In this document: positions 17,983 through 27,513 of the stretch, piece after piece | Layout: each line of letters opens with the position of its first letter | How positions within the stretch are numbered: position 1 is the stretch's first letter | Assembly (NCBI GenBank): GCA_963666565.1 | Contig: OY762911.1 | Location: forward strand, 2,432,001-2,496,000 | Reading direction: 5' to 3' | Origin: Thermoanaerobaculia bacterium | GTDB taxonomy: Bacteria; Acidobacteriota; Thermoanaerobaculia; Multivoradales; Multivoraceae | DNA length: 64,000 nt | Position numbers and translations under genes: made by a program | Notes under the pieces: generated by a model | Told to the model about the DNA's origin: nothing | Database searches by the model: none | What the model saw: only the letters and a program-made list of their open reading frames with translations

Positions 17983-20523
17983 TTACGGGTAGTACCCCGA
18001 CATCGTCCGCACCTCGGCGTCGCGGGCGTCGACTTCCACCCGCACCACCCGGAACTCGCTCTCGGGCTTGCCGCTGGTCGACTGGTAGGTCAGCAGGTAG
18101 CGGTTCCGCAGTTCCCGTTCGATCAGGGCGTAGATCGAGTCGAGTTCGCCGACCGTGTCGATGAAGAAGGCCTGGCCGCCCGTCTCCTCCGCGATGCGCT
18201 CGAGCACGCGCCGCGTGGTCCTGTCCGCGGCGGCCTGCCGGAGGCCGATGGCGTAGATCGTCACGCCCGAACGCTGCGCGTTCTCCAGCGCGCTCTCGAA
18301 GGTGAACGAGCTGTTCTCGTCCTTGCCGTCGGACAGGAGGAGCAGGGCCTTCTGGCCGCTGATGCCGTCGAAGTAGCTGAGCGCGTAGACGAGGCTGTCG
18401 TAGAGCGACGTCGTGCCGGTCGCGCGGAGGCTCGAGAGCGCCCGCGCGAGCTGGCCCCGGTCCTTGGTGAACCGGCTCTCGACCTCGACGCGGTTGGCGA
18501 AGGAGAGAACGGCCATTCGGTCCCTGGGCTGGAGCGTGTCGTCCACGAAGCGCTGGGCCGCGGCCCGGACCTGGCCGATCGAGTCCTGCATGGAAGCCGA
18601 GGTGTCGATCAGGAGGCCGGCGTGGAAGGGCGTGTCGTCGACCCACTCGAAGCGGCGCACCGCCTGGGGAACGCCGTCCTCGGTCACCGCGAAGCGGTCC
18701 TGCTCCAGCCCGGGGACCGGCCGCCCGCGCGCGTCGACGACGCTGGCGAAGAGCTCGACGTACTGCACCTCGATCCGCTCGATCGGGTTCGGGCTGTTGA
18801 TGAAGACGACGTCCTCCGTGCTGCTGCCGTCGGCGAGGAAGGCGGCGGCGCGCAGGTAGGTCAGGTCCGGGCCGTCGAGCACGACCGGCTGCACCCAGGG
18901 CGGCTGGTAGAGCGTCGCGATCCGTTCCTCGCCGAGGAACAGTTCGAGGCGCTCGATCTCCTCGCCGTCCGGCGCCGCGATCTCGACGACCGCCCGCGCG
19001 CTCTGCAGGTACTGCTCGCCGGACCGCGGTTCGATGAACCGGGCGCGGAAGCGCTGGCCGCCGCGGTTGACCGACATCTCGTCCGAGGCGACGACCTTGC
19101 CGTCCTTGATGCCCTCCACGCGGATCCGGTGCTCGGTCGGGTGCGAACCCAGGTTCAGCTCCACGCCGAACGGCGGCCGGCGCTTGCGCAGGATCTCGCG
19201 GCCGTCGAGGGAGAAGGCGACGGCGTCGAAGTCGCCGATCGCGTGGGTGGAGAAGCGGACCATGCCGACCCGCAGGCGCTCGTCCCGCGGCGGCACCAGG
19301 CGCAGCAGCCGTTCGCCGCGGGCCGCCGCCCGGTTGGCCTCGGCCAGCGCGGGGAAGGTCTCCAGGATGGTCTTCCGCAGCGATTGCGCCTCCTCGAGGT
19401 TCGGCACGTCGAGCGTCTCGCTGGCGACCGCGAACTGCTGGCCGAAGACGTCCTCGATCTTGAGCCGGATCTGGACCTCGCCGGGCCGCAGGTAGCGGGT
19501 GAAGACGAGCGGGACGGCGTTCTCCGGGTTGCCGCTCGCGGGCAGCTCGAAGCGGTAGCGGAAGGTCTCGAACAGGCGGTCGCCGCGGATGACCTCGCCG
19601 ATCATCTGGAAGCTGTGGTACTCGCGTTCCTGGAAGGTCCGGCGGCCCGCGCCCGGCCCGGGCACCATGACCAGCCCGTGCGTGACGGTGCGCATCTGGT
19701 TGCGGCCGGGGAAGTCCCACTGGAGGTCCACGTCGAAGCGGGGCGCGCCCTCCGGGACGTCGGTGTTGAAGGCGGCGAAGGTCGCGAGCCATTCGGCGGG
19801 CGGCTCGGGCGGAGCGGACACCGTCTCGATGACGCCGCTGCCGGCGAGTTCCCGCTGGATCGCCTGGGCGGCCCATCCGAACCACTCGTCGGCGCAGAGC
19901 ACGGCGATGTTCGTGGTGGGCAGGCCGCGGCGCGAGATCGGACGGCGGACGGCGCTCTCGTGCCAGAACGCGTAAGGCTTGCCGCGGACCGTGGCCAGGA
20001 AGATGACGACGAAGTGGCGCGGCGTGCGGTCGCTGCCGCCGTAGAACCAGATCTCCAGTTCGCTCGTCCGCGACAGGCAGTAGGCGGCGGTCCGTCCGTC
20101 CGGGAGGACGAAGCGGCCCGGCGGGCCGTTCAGCAGGTAGAACAGGGCGCGCGCGTCGTCGAGCGTGCCCCACTGGGTGAGTGCCGCGTCGACTCGATCC
20201 TCCCACAGGACCTGGAGTTCGTTGAGCGGCGTCCTGGGATCGGGGTCGCGGGCCTTCCAGAAGGCCTGGATGAAGGCGTCGCGGCGGTAGTCCTCGGGCA
20301 GGTTGACGAAGAACTCGCGCTCCTCGTCGCTGATCAGCGGGCCGACCCGTTCCAGCCAGCGGACGAAGCGGGCGTCCAGGGGCCGCGGCGGCGCGGCTTC
20401 GCCCGCGGCCGCCGGCCGGCCCTGCTCGTCGGGCCGCTTCTCTTCGGCATCCGAAGGCCCGCCGGCTGCAGACAGCAGCAGGGGCGCGGCAAGCGCGGCG
20501 GCGATCCTGAGACGAGGGCGCAT
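17983..20523 (-). CDS. Secreted GWxTD-domain / Ig-like / VWA protein
   Basis: Signal peptide, FWKARDPDP..NE and YLLNGPP (GWxTD-like), DTSASM MIDAS motif, LSDG.D, ETGG. Confidence 0.85.
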   Translation of the reverse strand: MRPRLRIAAALAAPLLLSAAGGPSDAEEKRPDEQGRPAAAGEAAPPRPLDARFVRWLERVGPLISDEEREFFVNLPEDYRRDAFIQAFWKARDPDPRTPLNELQVLWEDRVDAALTQWGTLDDARALFYLLNGPPGRFVLPDGRTAAYCLSRTSELEIWFYGGSDRTPRHFVVIFLATVRGKPYAFWHESAVRRPISRRGLPTTNIAVLCADEWFGWAAQAIQRELAGSGVIETVSAPPEPPAEWLATFAAFNTDVPEGAPRFDVDLQWDFPGRNQMRTVTHGLVMVPGPGAGRRTFQEREYHSFQMIGEVIRGDRLFETFRYRFELPASGNPENAVPLVFTRYLRPGEVQIRLKIEDVFGQQFAVASETLDVPNLEEAQSLRKTILETFPALAEANRAAARGERLLRLVPPRDERLRVGMVRFSTHAIGDFDAVAFSLDGREILRKRRPPFGVELNLGSHPTEHRIRVEGIKDGKVVASDEMSVNRGGQRFRARFIEPRSGEQYLQSARAVVEIAAPDGEEIERLELFLGEERIATLYQPPWVQPVVLDGPDLTYLRAAAFLADGSSTEDVVFINSPNPIERIEVQYVELFASVVDARGRPVPGLEQDRFAVTEDGVPQAVRRFEWVDDTPFHAGLLIDTSASMQDSIGQVRAAAQRFVDDTLQPRDRMAVLSFANRVEVESRFTKDRGQLARALSSLRATGTTSLYDSLVYALSYFDGISGQKALLLLSDGKDENSSFTFESALENAQRSGVTIYAIGLRQAAADRTTRRVLERIAEETGGQAFFIDTVGELDSIYALIERELRNRYLLTYQSTSGKPESEFRVVRVEVDARDAEVRTMSGYYP

Positions 20524-20567
20524 CGGCGGTTCGTCTCCGATTCTGCACCGAATCGGCGCCGAACGCC

Positions 20568-20768
20568 GGGTGCGCGGGTCTGCCGACCCGCATGGGTGCG
20601 CGGGTCTTCCGACCCGCATGGGTGCGCGGGTCTTCCGACCCGCATGGGTGCGCGGGTCTTCCGACCCGCTGCCGCCGCAGGCGGCCAGGTATTCGCGCCG
20701 CGAAGCGGCTCCGCCGGGCGACCTCCAGCGCGGTTTCGCCGGAAGCGGGTCAGAAGACCCGCGCACCC
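20568..20768. repeat. REP cluster: four tandem GGGTGCGCGGGTCTTCCGACCCGC copies (26-bp period) plus one inverted copy
   Basis: Palindrome GCGGGTC-TTCC-GACCCGC; about 17-18 copies across 20-57 kb. Confidence 0.9.
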
Positions 20769-20781
20769 AGGTCGGCGACGT

Positions 20782-21525
20782 CTAGTGCCCCGAACCTCCC
20801 CGCTTGCGCGCCTGTCGCGCGAGGGAAACCAGCGCCATCAGCCCGAGGACTCCCGCCACGAGGCCGAGATCCTGCGTCAGCCACGCTCTCGGGCCCAGTC
20901 CGCCGACGACGACCTGGTCGACCATCCGCAGGAACAGAAACGTCGAGGCGATGAGCAGCGGCGAGTTGTACTCCCGGAGAAAGACGGTCCGCCAACTGAA
21001 GCTGGTCTCCGGCGGCGCCCACGGGCCGGGCCGGGGCCAGAACGCCGGCGTCCGCTCCGCCCAGCGGCGATGGACGGCGCCGAAGCGCTCGCCGAGGAAC
21101 CGCTCCTCCGCCGCGATCACCCGCCGATAGAGCAGCCAATAGACGAGCGCCGCCGCCGGCACGAACCACCAGGACTTCAGCGCGAGCGCGAAGCCCATCA
21201 GCACGAAGAGGTTGCCGAGATAGACCGGGTGCCGGCAGAGCGAGTACATGCCGGTGACGTTCAGGCGGCTGGCGCTCGGCGCCCTGCGGCTCCGGGTGGA
21301 AGCGCCAGGAGGCGCCGAGCCCAGCGCCGCCCACCGCACCGCGAGTCCGAGCAGGGACACGGCGAGGCATAGCGCGAGCCAGCCGAGTCCCGGGTCCGCC
21401 GCCGGCGCCGCCGACCGGCGCTCGAGCACCGCCAGCGCCGCGGCGGGCAGCAGGAACACGACGAACAGGCTGCGGTGCCGGAAGAGGAAGAGGCCCTGGT
21501 CGGCGAGCCGCCGGCTGTCGTTCAT
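20782..21525 (-). CDS. ICMT/PEMT-family membrane methyltransferase (LmtA-like)
   Basis: QGLFLFRHRS, LNVTGMYSLCRHPVYLGN, EERFL motifs. Confidence 0.8.
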   Translation of the reverse strand: MNDSRRLADQGLFLFRHRSLFVVFLLPAAALAVLERRSAAPAADPGLGWLALCLAVSLLGLAVRWAALGSAPPGASTRSRRAPSASRLNVTGMYSLCRHPVYLGNLFVLMGFALALKSWWFVPAAALVYWLLYRRVIAAEERFLGERFGAVHRRWAERTPAFWPRPGPWAPPETSFSWRTVFLREYNSPLLIASTFLFLRMVDQVVVGGLGPRAWLTQDLGLVAGVLGLMALVSLARQARKRGGSGH

Positions 21526-23336
21526 CGCTCGGTCCTGGAGGAGGCGGCGACGCGGGCGGCCGCTTCCGGAGTCGTCAGCAGGACGTGCCCCTGCTCGGGA
21601 TCGCGGTCGCGCGCGACCTCGACCAGGTCGAGCGGAGGCGAAAGACGCTCCAGGTTGTCCCGTTCGATGAGAAGCCAGACGGGCCGGTCCGCGCGGGCGG
21701 CGAATCGCCGCAGGGCCTTCTCGTCGCCCTGGTCGTGCTCCTGCGTGCCGCCGTGAAGGTCCACCGCGAACCGGCGGGTGTAGAAGAGGAAGGCCGCGTC
21801 GGGAACGGGATAGATCGCGTACGGCTCGCCGGGCTCGGCCCACCGCACCAGGTCGCTTGAGAGGGCGCGGGCCGACTTGAAGGCGTCGCCCAGCGGCAGC
21901 AGGCGCACGGCGGTCGCCGACATGGTGAGTCCGAGGCCGGTCGCCAGGCTGGCGACCAGCAGGTCGGGCCGCCGCCGGGCAGCCAGGTACAGGCCGATCA
22001 GGCCCGCGGCGAGGGGGATGGCGGCGACGGCCTGCAGCGAGGCGACGGCGCCTTCCGGCAGCGAACCGGCGGGAAGGTCCCGCGCCGCGACCGGCGCCGC
22101 GGCGACGATGGCGCCGAAGAGAAGCGGCACGGCGGCGGCCGAGACGAGGAACGCGGCCCGGTAGCGCGGCCACCCGTCGCGGATCGCCAGAACGCCGCGG
22201 GCCGTCAGCATCGCGAGCGGCGCGGCGAGCGCCAGCAGGTACACGGTCCGCTTGCCGCCGGACACGCTGAAGAAGACGAAGGTGCTGGCGATCCAGATCA
22301 GCAGGAAGCGGACCGCCCGCGCCTCTCGGCTCGCCGGCTCGCTGCGCGAACTTCGCCAGGCGGCGTAGACGGCGACCGGGGCGAGCAGGGTCCAGGGCGC
22401 GAAGGTGCCGGGCAGCGTCCGGAAGTAGTAGTGCCAGGGCCGGGGGTGGTACGTCGCCTCGGCGTAGCGCGACACGGTCTGGTCGAGGATCAGCGCGTCG
22501 AAGTAGGACCAGCCGGCGAGCCAGACCGCCGGTCCGAACCACGCCAGGACGATCGCCGTCCAGACCAGCAGGCCCCGCCCCAGCCGGAGGTCGGCGACGC
22601 CGGCCCGGTCCCGCTCGAACGCCAGGTACGCGACGACCGCGAGCAGCGGCACGATCAGCCCGACCGGCCCCTTCGCCAGGGTGGCCAGGCCCAGGCAGGC
22701 GAAGAGCGCGAGATTCCCGAGGTTGCCGGCGTTGCCGCCAGGCGCCCCGGCCGGGCCCGGGTCGTCCGCGGCCCAGCGCCGCCCCCAGGCCCAGAACAGG
22801 ATGGCGAGCAACTCCAGGAACGTCAGGGTCATGTCGATCTGGCCCACTCGCCCGTTCCACATGACCAGGGCCGAGGTCAGGAAGACCGGCGCCGCCAGCC
22901 GGGCGGTCCTCCGGTCGAACAGCCGGCCGGCGAGCGCGAACACGACGAGCACCGAGCCGAGGCCCGCGAGGAACGACGGCAGCCGGGCGGCCACCTCGTC
23001 GACGCCGCCGCGCAGGGTGCCGAACAGGGCGATGTTCCAGAAGTGGAGCGGCGGCTTGTGGTCGTACCGTTCGCCGTTCAGGCGCGGCACCAGGAAGTGC
23101 TCGATCGCCCGCGGCTCGAGCAGCATCTCCCGCGCGACCTCGGCGTAGCGCGGTTCGTCCGGGTTCCAGAGGTCGCGGCTGCCGATGCCGGGCAGCAGCA
23201 CGGCCGTGGCTGCAACGGCGAGGACGAGGCAGGGAAGCAGGCGACCTCGCACGGGCGCATCCTGCCACAGGGAATCGGCGCCGGCCGCGGGCGGCGGCGC
23301 GGGCGGCGATAGGGTAGCGGCTTCCCGTTCATGCAT
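21522..23336 (-). CDS. ArnT/PMT-family (GT83-like) membrane glycosyltransferase
   Basis: PDEPRYAEVAREM, KPPL, ARLPS, LAKGP, HPRPWHYY motifs. Confidence 0.9.
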   Translation of the reverse strand: MHEREAATLSPPAPPPAAGADSLWQDAPVRGRLLPCLVLAVAATAVLLPGIGSRDLWNPDEPRYAEVAREMLLEPRAIEHFLVPRLNGERYDHKPPLHFWNIALFGTLRGGVDEVAARLPSFLAGLGSVLVVFALAGRLFDRRTARLAAPVFLTSALVMWNGRVGQIDMTLTFLELLAILFWAWGRRWAADDPGPAGAPGGNAGNLGNLALFACLGLATLAKGPVGLIVPLLAVVAYLAFERDRAGVADLRLGRGLLVWTAIVLAWFGPAVWLAGWSYFDALILDQTVSRYAEATYHPRPWHYYFRTLPGTFAPWTLLAPVAVYAAWRSSRSEPASREARAVRFLLIWIASTFVFFSVSGGKRTVYLLALAAPLAMLTARGVLAIRDGWPRYRAAFLVSAAAVPLLFGAIVAAAPVAARDLPAGSLPEGAVASLQAVAAIPLAAGLIGLYLAARRRPDLLVASLATGLGLTMSATAVRLLPLGDAFKSARALSSDLVRWAEPGEPYAIYPVPDAAFLFYTRRFAVDLHGGTQEHDQGDEKALRRFAARADRPVWLLIERDNLERLSPPLDLVEVARDRDPEQGHVLLTTPEAAARVAASSRTER

Positions 23337-23359
23337 CGCCGAGGCGAGGAGGGGGAGGC

Positions 23360-23430
23360 TGCCGGCCGGAAGGCCGGCGCACCGGCAAGGAGAGTGGATG
23401 CCGGCCCACGGGCCGGCGCACCGGCAAGGA
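23360..23430. repeat. Second REP-like family (GCCGGCC-N4-GGCCGGCGCACC), two tandem copies
   Basis: Identical 20-mer at 23372 and 23411; related copies near 26313, 54948 and 58675. Confidence 0.65.
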
Positions 23431-23445
23431 AAGGGGATTCGAGCG

Positions 23446-24534
23446 ATGGGCCAGCTACCGAAGTCCGTGACGATCACGGACGACACGATGAGGGAGGGTC
23501 TTCAGATCGAGAGCGCGGACATCCCGGTCGAGGACAAGCTGCGGCTGCTCGACGCCCTGGGCGAGACCGGCGCCAGGGTGATCTCGATCGGCTCCTACGC
23601 CCACCCCAAGTGGACGCCGCAGATGGCCTGCATCGACGAGATCGCCGAGCGCTTCGTGCCGAAGCCGGGCGTGCGTTACACCGCCGCGATCTTCAACAAG
23701 ATCGGTTTCGACCGCGCCGACCGCTGGTACCCGAAGCTCGACGTCCGGCAGCGCAGGTTCGGCACCCACGTCGAGCTCTGCGACACCTTCGCCCGCCGCA
23801 ACTACAACGCGACCCAGGCGCAGCAGATCGAGCGCATCCCGGGGGTGATCGAACAGGCCCGCGCCCGCGGGGCCGAGACGGGCGCGGTGGCGATCGGCAA
23901 TCCGTTCGGGTCGAACTTCGAGGGGGCGTTCACGCTCGAGCAGCGGATGGACCTGCTGGCGCTGATGATCGACCGCTGGCATGAGGCCGGCTTCCGGGTC
24001 ACCCGCTGCGCGATCGTCGAGGCGATGGGCTGGAACATGCCGCACACCGTGCGCGAGACGCTCCTCGCCATCCGCGAGCGCTGGCCCGAGATCGTGGACT
24101 TCCACTGCCACCTGCACAACACCCGCGGGGCGGCCATGGTCAGCTACTACGAGGCGCTCAAGCTCGGCGTGCGCGAGTTCGACACGTCCATCGGCGGCAT
24201 GGGGGGTTGCCCGTACTGCGGCAACGGCCGCGCCGCGGGTCACGTGCCGACGGAGGACTTCGTCGACTTCTGCCACGAACTGGGGATCGAGACCGGCTAC
24301 AAGCTCGACAAGCTGATCGAGGCGGCGCACATCGCGGAGGAAGTCGTCGGCCATCCGCTCTGGGGCCACGTCTCCAAGGCCGGGCCGCGGCCGCGGGGCG
24401 ACGGCGAGCTCTACCCGCCCCGGATGCCGTTCGTCGAGACGCTCGACGAGGCTTCCCACTTCCGCAACGGACCTCCGGTCTACGACGGCCAGCGGTCGCC
24501 CTGGCGGTCCGACGCGGCGCTCTACCAGGCATGA
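23446..24534 (+). CDS. HMG-CoA lyase-like DRE-TIM enzyme
   Basis: DDTMREGLQ, HLHNTRG, GGMGGCPY motifs. Confidence 0.88.
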   Translation: MGQLPKSVTITDDTMREGLQIESADIPVEDKLRLLDALGETGARVISIGSYAHPKWTPQMACIDEIAERFVPKPGVRYTAAIFNKIGFDRADRWYPKLDVRQRRFGTHVELCDTFARRNYNATQAQQIERIPGVIEQARARGAETGAVAIGNPFGSNFEGAFTLEQRMDLLALMIDRWHEAGFRVTRCAIVEAMGWNMPHTVRETLLAIRERWPEIVDFHCHLHNTRGAAMVSYYEALKLGVREFDTSIGGMGGCPYCGNGRAAGHVPTEDFVDFCHELGIETGYKLDKLIEAAHIAEEVVGHPLWGHVSKAGPRPRGDGELYPPRMPFVETLDEASHFRNGPPVYDGQRSPWRSDAALYQA

Positions 24535-26306
24535 CGGCCGCGGCGAAGAGTCCGGGCACGGGCGTCCGCTACGAGCCGGACGGCCGGCCGCCGGCGCTGC
24601 TTGCCGCCACGATGGGCCTGCAGTACGCGACCCTGTGCGTCGCCGGCATCGTGCTGACGCCCGCGATCATCGTCCGCGCCGCCGGCGGCAGCGACGAGTA
24701 CCTCGCCTGGGCCGTGTTCGCGGCCATCTTCGTGAGCGGGATCACCACCATCCTGCAGGCGGTTCGGCTGTGGCGGATCGGCGCCGGCTTCATCCTGCTG
24801 ATGGGCACTTCCGGGGCGTTCATCGCCGTCAGCATCGCCGCCCTCAGCCAGGGCGGCCCCATGCTGCTGGCGAAGCTCGTCATCGTCTCGTCGCTCTTCC
24901 AGTTCCTGCTCTCGACGCGGCTGCTGCTGCTGCGGAGGCTGTTCACGACGACCGTCACCGGCACGGTCATCATGCTGATCTCGGTCACCGTGATGCCGAT
25001 CGTCTTCGATCAACTGACCCAGGTTCCCGAGAACGCGCCCGGCGTCGCGGGTCCGATCACGTTCGTCGTGGCCATCGCGGTCATGGCCGGCTTCGGCCTT
25101 CGGGCCAGGGGGATCGGGCGCCTGTGGGCGCCGGTCGCGGGCGTCGTGGCCGGTTCGATCGTCGCCGCGTTCTTCGGGCTCTACGACTTCGAGCAGGTGG
25201 CCGCGGCCGCCTGGCTCGGCGCTCCCGCCGGCGGTTGGCCGGGCTTCGACCTGACCTTCGGTCCGGCCTTCTGGGCGCTGCTGCCGGGCTTCGTCATCGT
25301 GACCCTGATCGGCGCGGTCGAGACGATCGGCGACGCCGTCGGCATCCAGCGCGTCTCCTGGCGCGCGCCGCGGGCGCCCGACTACCGGGCGGTGCAGGGC
25401 GCCGTCGCCGCCGACGGACTCGGCAACCTGCTCTCGGGCATCGCCGGCACCGTGCCGAACACGACGTACTCGAGCAGCATCTCCGTCACCGAACTCACGG
25501 GCGTGGCCTCGCGCCGGGTCGGGGTGTGGATCGGGATCATCTTCATCGGCCTGGCCTTCCTGCCCAAGGCCCTCGCCCTGATCCTGGCGATTCCCGGCCC
25601 GGTCGCCGGCGCCTACCTTCTGGTGCTGATCGCCATCCTGTTCGTGCTCGGCGCCCGCATCGCCGGCCACGGCGGGATCGACTACCGGAAGGCGCTCGTG
25701 ATCGGCGTCTCCTTCTGGATCGGCGTGGGCTTCGAGAACGACCTGATCTTCAGCGACCGGATGGGCGATTGGGCGGCCTCCGTCCTTGGCAACGGAATGA
25801 CCGCGGGCGGCCTGACCGCGATCGTGCTGACCGCGTTCCTCGAATCGACCGGGGCGCGCCGCCGCCGGCTGCAAGTCGAGGTCAGCGCGGCATCGGCCGC
25901 CCGGATCGGCGGGTTCCTGCGGAGTCTGGCCGAGAAGGCGCGCTGGGCGCCCGAGGCCTGCGACCGGATCTGGTCGGCGGGCGAGGAGGCGGTGCTCAGC
26001 CTGGTCGGCCTGGACGAGGAGGAGGGCGGCAGGAAGCGCGGCCTGCTGGTGACCGCGAGGGTCGATCGCCAGACGGCGGAACTCGAGTTCGTCGCGGCGC
26101 CGGGCGGGCGCAACATCGAGGACCGGCTGGTCGTCATGGCGCCCGACGCTCCCGGCCCGGTCGAGCACGAGCTGTCGCTGCGGCTGCTGCGGCACGTGTC
26201 GAGTTCGGTGCAGCACCAGCAGTACCACGACACGGACGTGCTCACGGTCACCGTCAACAGCGACGGCCAGGAATCGGCCGGTCACGTGGACTCGGCGGGA
26301 ATCTGA
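24531..26306 (+). CDS. NCS2 xanthine/uracil permease fused to a C-terminal degenerate RsbW-like HATPase domain
   Basis: Multi-TM NCS2 motifs (ETIGD, DGLGN, PNTTYS); soluble tail EEAVLSL...LSLRLLRHVSSSVQHQQY. Confidence 0.8.
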   Translation: MTAAAKSPGTGVRYEPDGRPPALLAATMGLQYATLCVAGIVLTPAIIVRAAGGSDEYLAWAVFAAIFVSGITTILQAVRLWRIGAGFILLMGTSGAFIAVSIAALSQGGPMLLAKLVIVSSLFQFLLSTRLLLLRRLFTTTVTGTVIMLISVTVMPIVFDQLTQVPENAPGVAGPITFVVAIAVMAGFGLRARGIGRLWAPVAGVVAGSIVAAFFGLYDFEQVAAAAWLGAPAGGWPGFDLTFGPAFWALLPGFVIVTLIGAVETIGDAVGIQRVSWRAPRAPDYRAVQGAVAADGLGNLLSGIAGTVPNTTYSSSISVTELTGVASRRVGVWIGIIFIGLAFLPKALALILAIPGPVAGAYLLVLIAILFVLGARIAGHGGIDYRKALVIGVSFWIGVGFENDLIFSDRMGDWAASVLGNGMTAGGLTAIVLTAFLESTGARRRRLQVEVSAASAARIGGFLRSLAEKARWAPEACDRIWSAGEEAVLSLVGLDEEEGGRKRGLLVTARVDRQTAELEFVAAPGGRNIEDRLVVMAPDAPGPVEHELSLRLLRHVSSSVQHQQYHDTDVLTVTVNSDGQESAGHVDSAGI

Positions 26307-26432
26307 GCGCCGGATGCCGGCGGGGCGCCGGCGCACCCGGTTTCCGCCGCGCCGGTTGCCTCGCTCGCTCTTCCTGTAGGATCCGCTCCCGATGCCGTTC
26401 CTCCCTGAACGACCTGCGAGTGCCGACCGCGC

Positions 26433-27110
26433 GTGAGCGAGAGTCCCCACCTGACCTTCGTGGAGGAGATTCTCCTTCTCCTCCTGGACGACGAGACCGG
26501 CACGATGAAGCGGGTCGCGCCGAACGTGATGGAGTTGCTGGTCGCCGGCGCGGTCCTGATGGACCTCGCGTTGCGCGGACGGCTGGACTGCGATCTCCAG
26601 CGCCTCGTGGTCGTCGATTCGACGCCGGTGGGCGAGGAGATACTGGACGGACCGCTGGCGGAGATCGTGGAGGCCGGCGACGAAGCCGACGCGCGCACCT
26701 GGGTGGTGCGGCTCTCGGCCCGCAGCAAGGAACTCCAGGAAGCCGCCCTGGCGCGGTTGGTCGAACGCGGGATTCTCCGGGTCCAGGACCGGAGCTTCCT
26801 CTGGGTGTTCGGCAGCCGCCGCTACCCCGCGGTCTCCGACCGGGAGGAACGCGAGGTCAAGCTGCGGATCCTCGACGTGCTGCTGAGCGACCGGATTCCG
26901 GCGCCCAGGGACGTGGCGCTGATCTGCCTGGCCGACGCGTCGAACGCCTTCCAGGTCATCCTGAGCGCCCAGGAGCTGCGGCACGCCGCGGCCCGGATCG
27001 AGCTGGTGCGCGGCTTCGACCTGATCGGCCAGGCGATGGGCCGGGCGATCCAGAAATCCGTTCAGGACATTGCCGCCGCGACCGCGACGGCCCATCATCC
27101 GTTCTACTGA
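26433..27110 (+). CDS. GPP34 (Golgi phosphoprotein 3-like) family protein
   Basis: EEILLLLLDDETG, AGAVLMDLALRGR, LVERGIL, RRYP motifs. Confidence 0.85.
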   Translation: MSESPHLTFVEEILLLLLDDETGTMKRVAPNVMELLVAGAVLMDLALRGRLDCDLQRLVVVDSTPVGEEILDGPLAEIVEAGDEADARTWVVRLSARSKELQEAALARLVERGILRVQDRSFLWVFGSRRYPAVSDREEREVKLRILDVLLSDRIPAPRDVALICLADASNAFQVILSAQELRHAAARIELVRGFDLIGQAMGRAIQKSVQDIAAATATAHHPFY

Positions 27111-27138
27111 GTCCAACCGGACGCGAAGAGGTGTATAC

Positions 27139-27510
27139 GTGATCGAGAGCATCAAGATCGGCAAGTCGACGATCGAGGGCGAGACGGTTGGCGGCGTGAC
27201 CGTCTGGGTGCCGGAGGGGCGGGTCGACGCCTCGAGCGCGCCCGACCTGGAGAAGGCGATGATGGACGAGATCGCGGAAGGCAGCGAGGCCGTCGTCCTC
27301 GACCTGGGCCTCACCCGCTACATGAGCAGCGCCGGGTTGCGCGTCGTGCTGGTCGTGGCGCGCGAACTCCAGGCGCGCGAGGGGCGGTTCGCCGTTTGCA
27401 GCCTGAACGACGAGGTGAAGGAGCTGTTCGAGGTCTCGGGCTTCAGCCTGATCGTGGGCATCGAGCCGGACCGGGACGCCGCGGTGGCGGCGGTGCGGCG
27501 CTCGGACTGA
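27139..27510 (+). CDS. STAS anti-anti-sigma factor
   Basis: GRVDAS, LDL..RYMSSAGLR, ELFEVSG motifs. Confidence 0.9.
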   Translation: MIESIKIGKSTIEGETVGGVTVWVPEGRVDASSAPDLEKAMMDEIAEGSEAVVLDLGLTRYMSSAGLRVVLVVARELQAREGRFAVCSLNDEVKELFEVSGFSLIVGIEPDRDAAVAAVRRSD

Positions 27511-27513
27511 GCG

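Noticed and set aside
20568-20669. Possible second CRISPR array
   Set aside because: 26-bp tandem units with no spacers; same sequence as the dispersed REP
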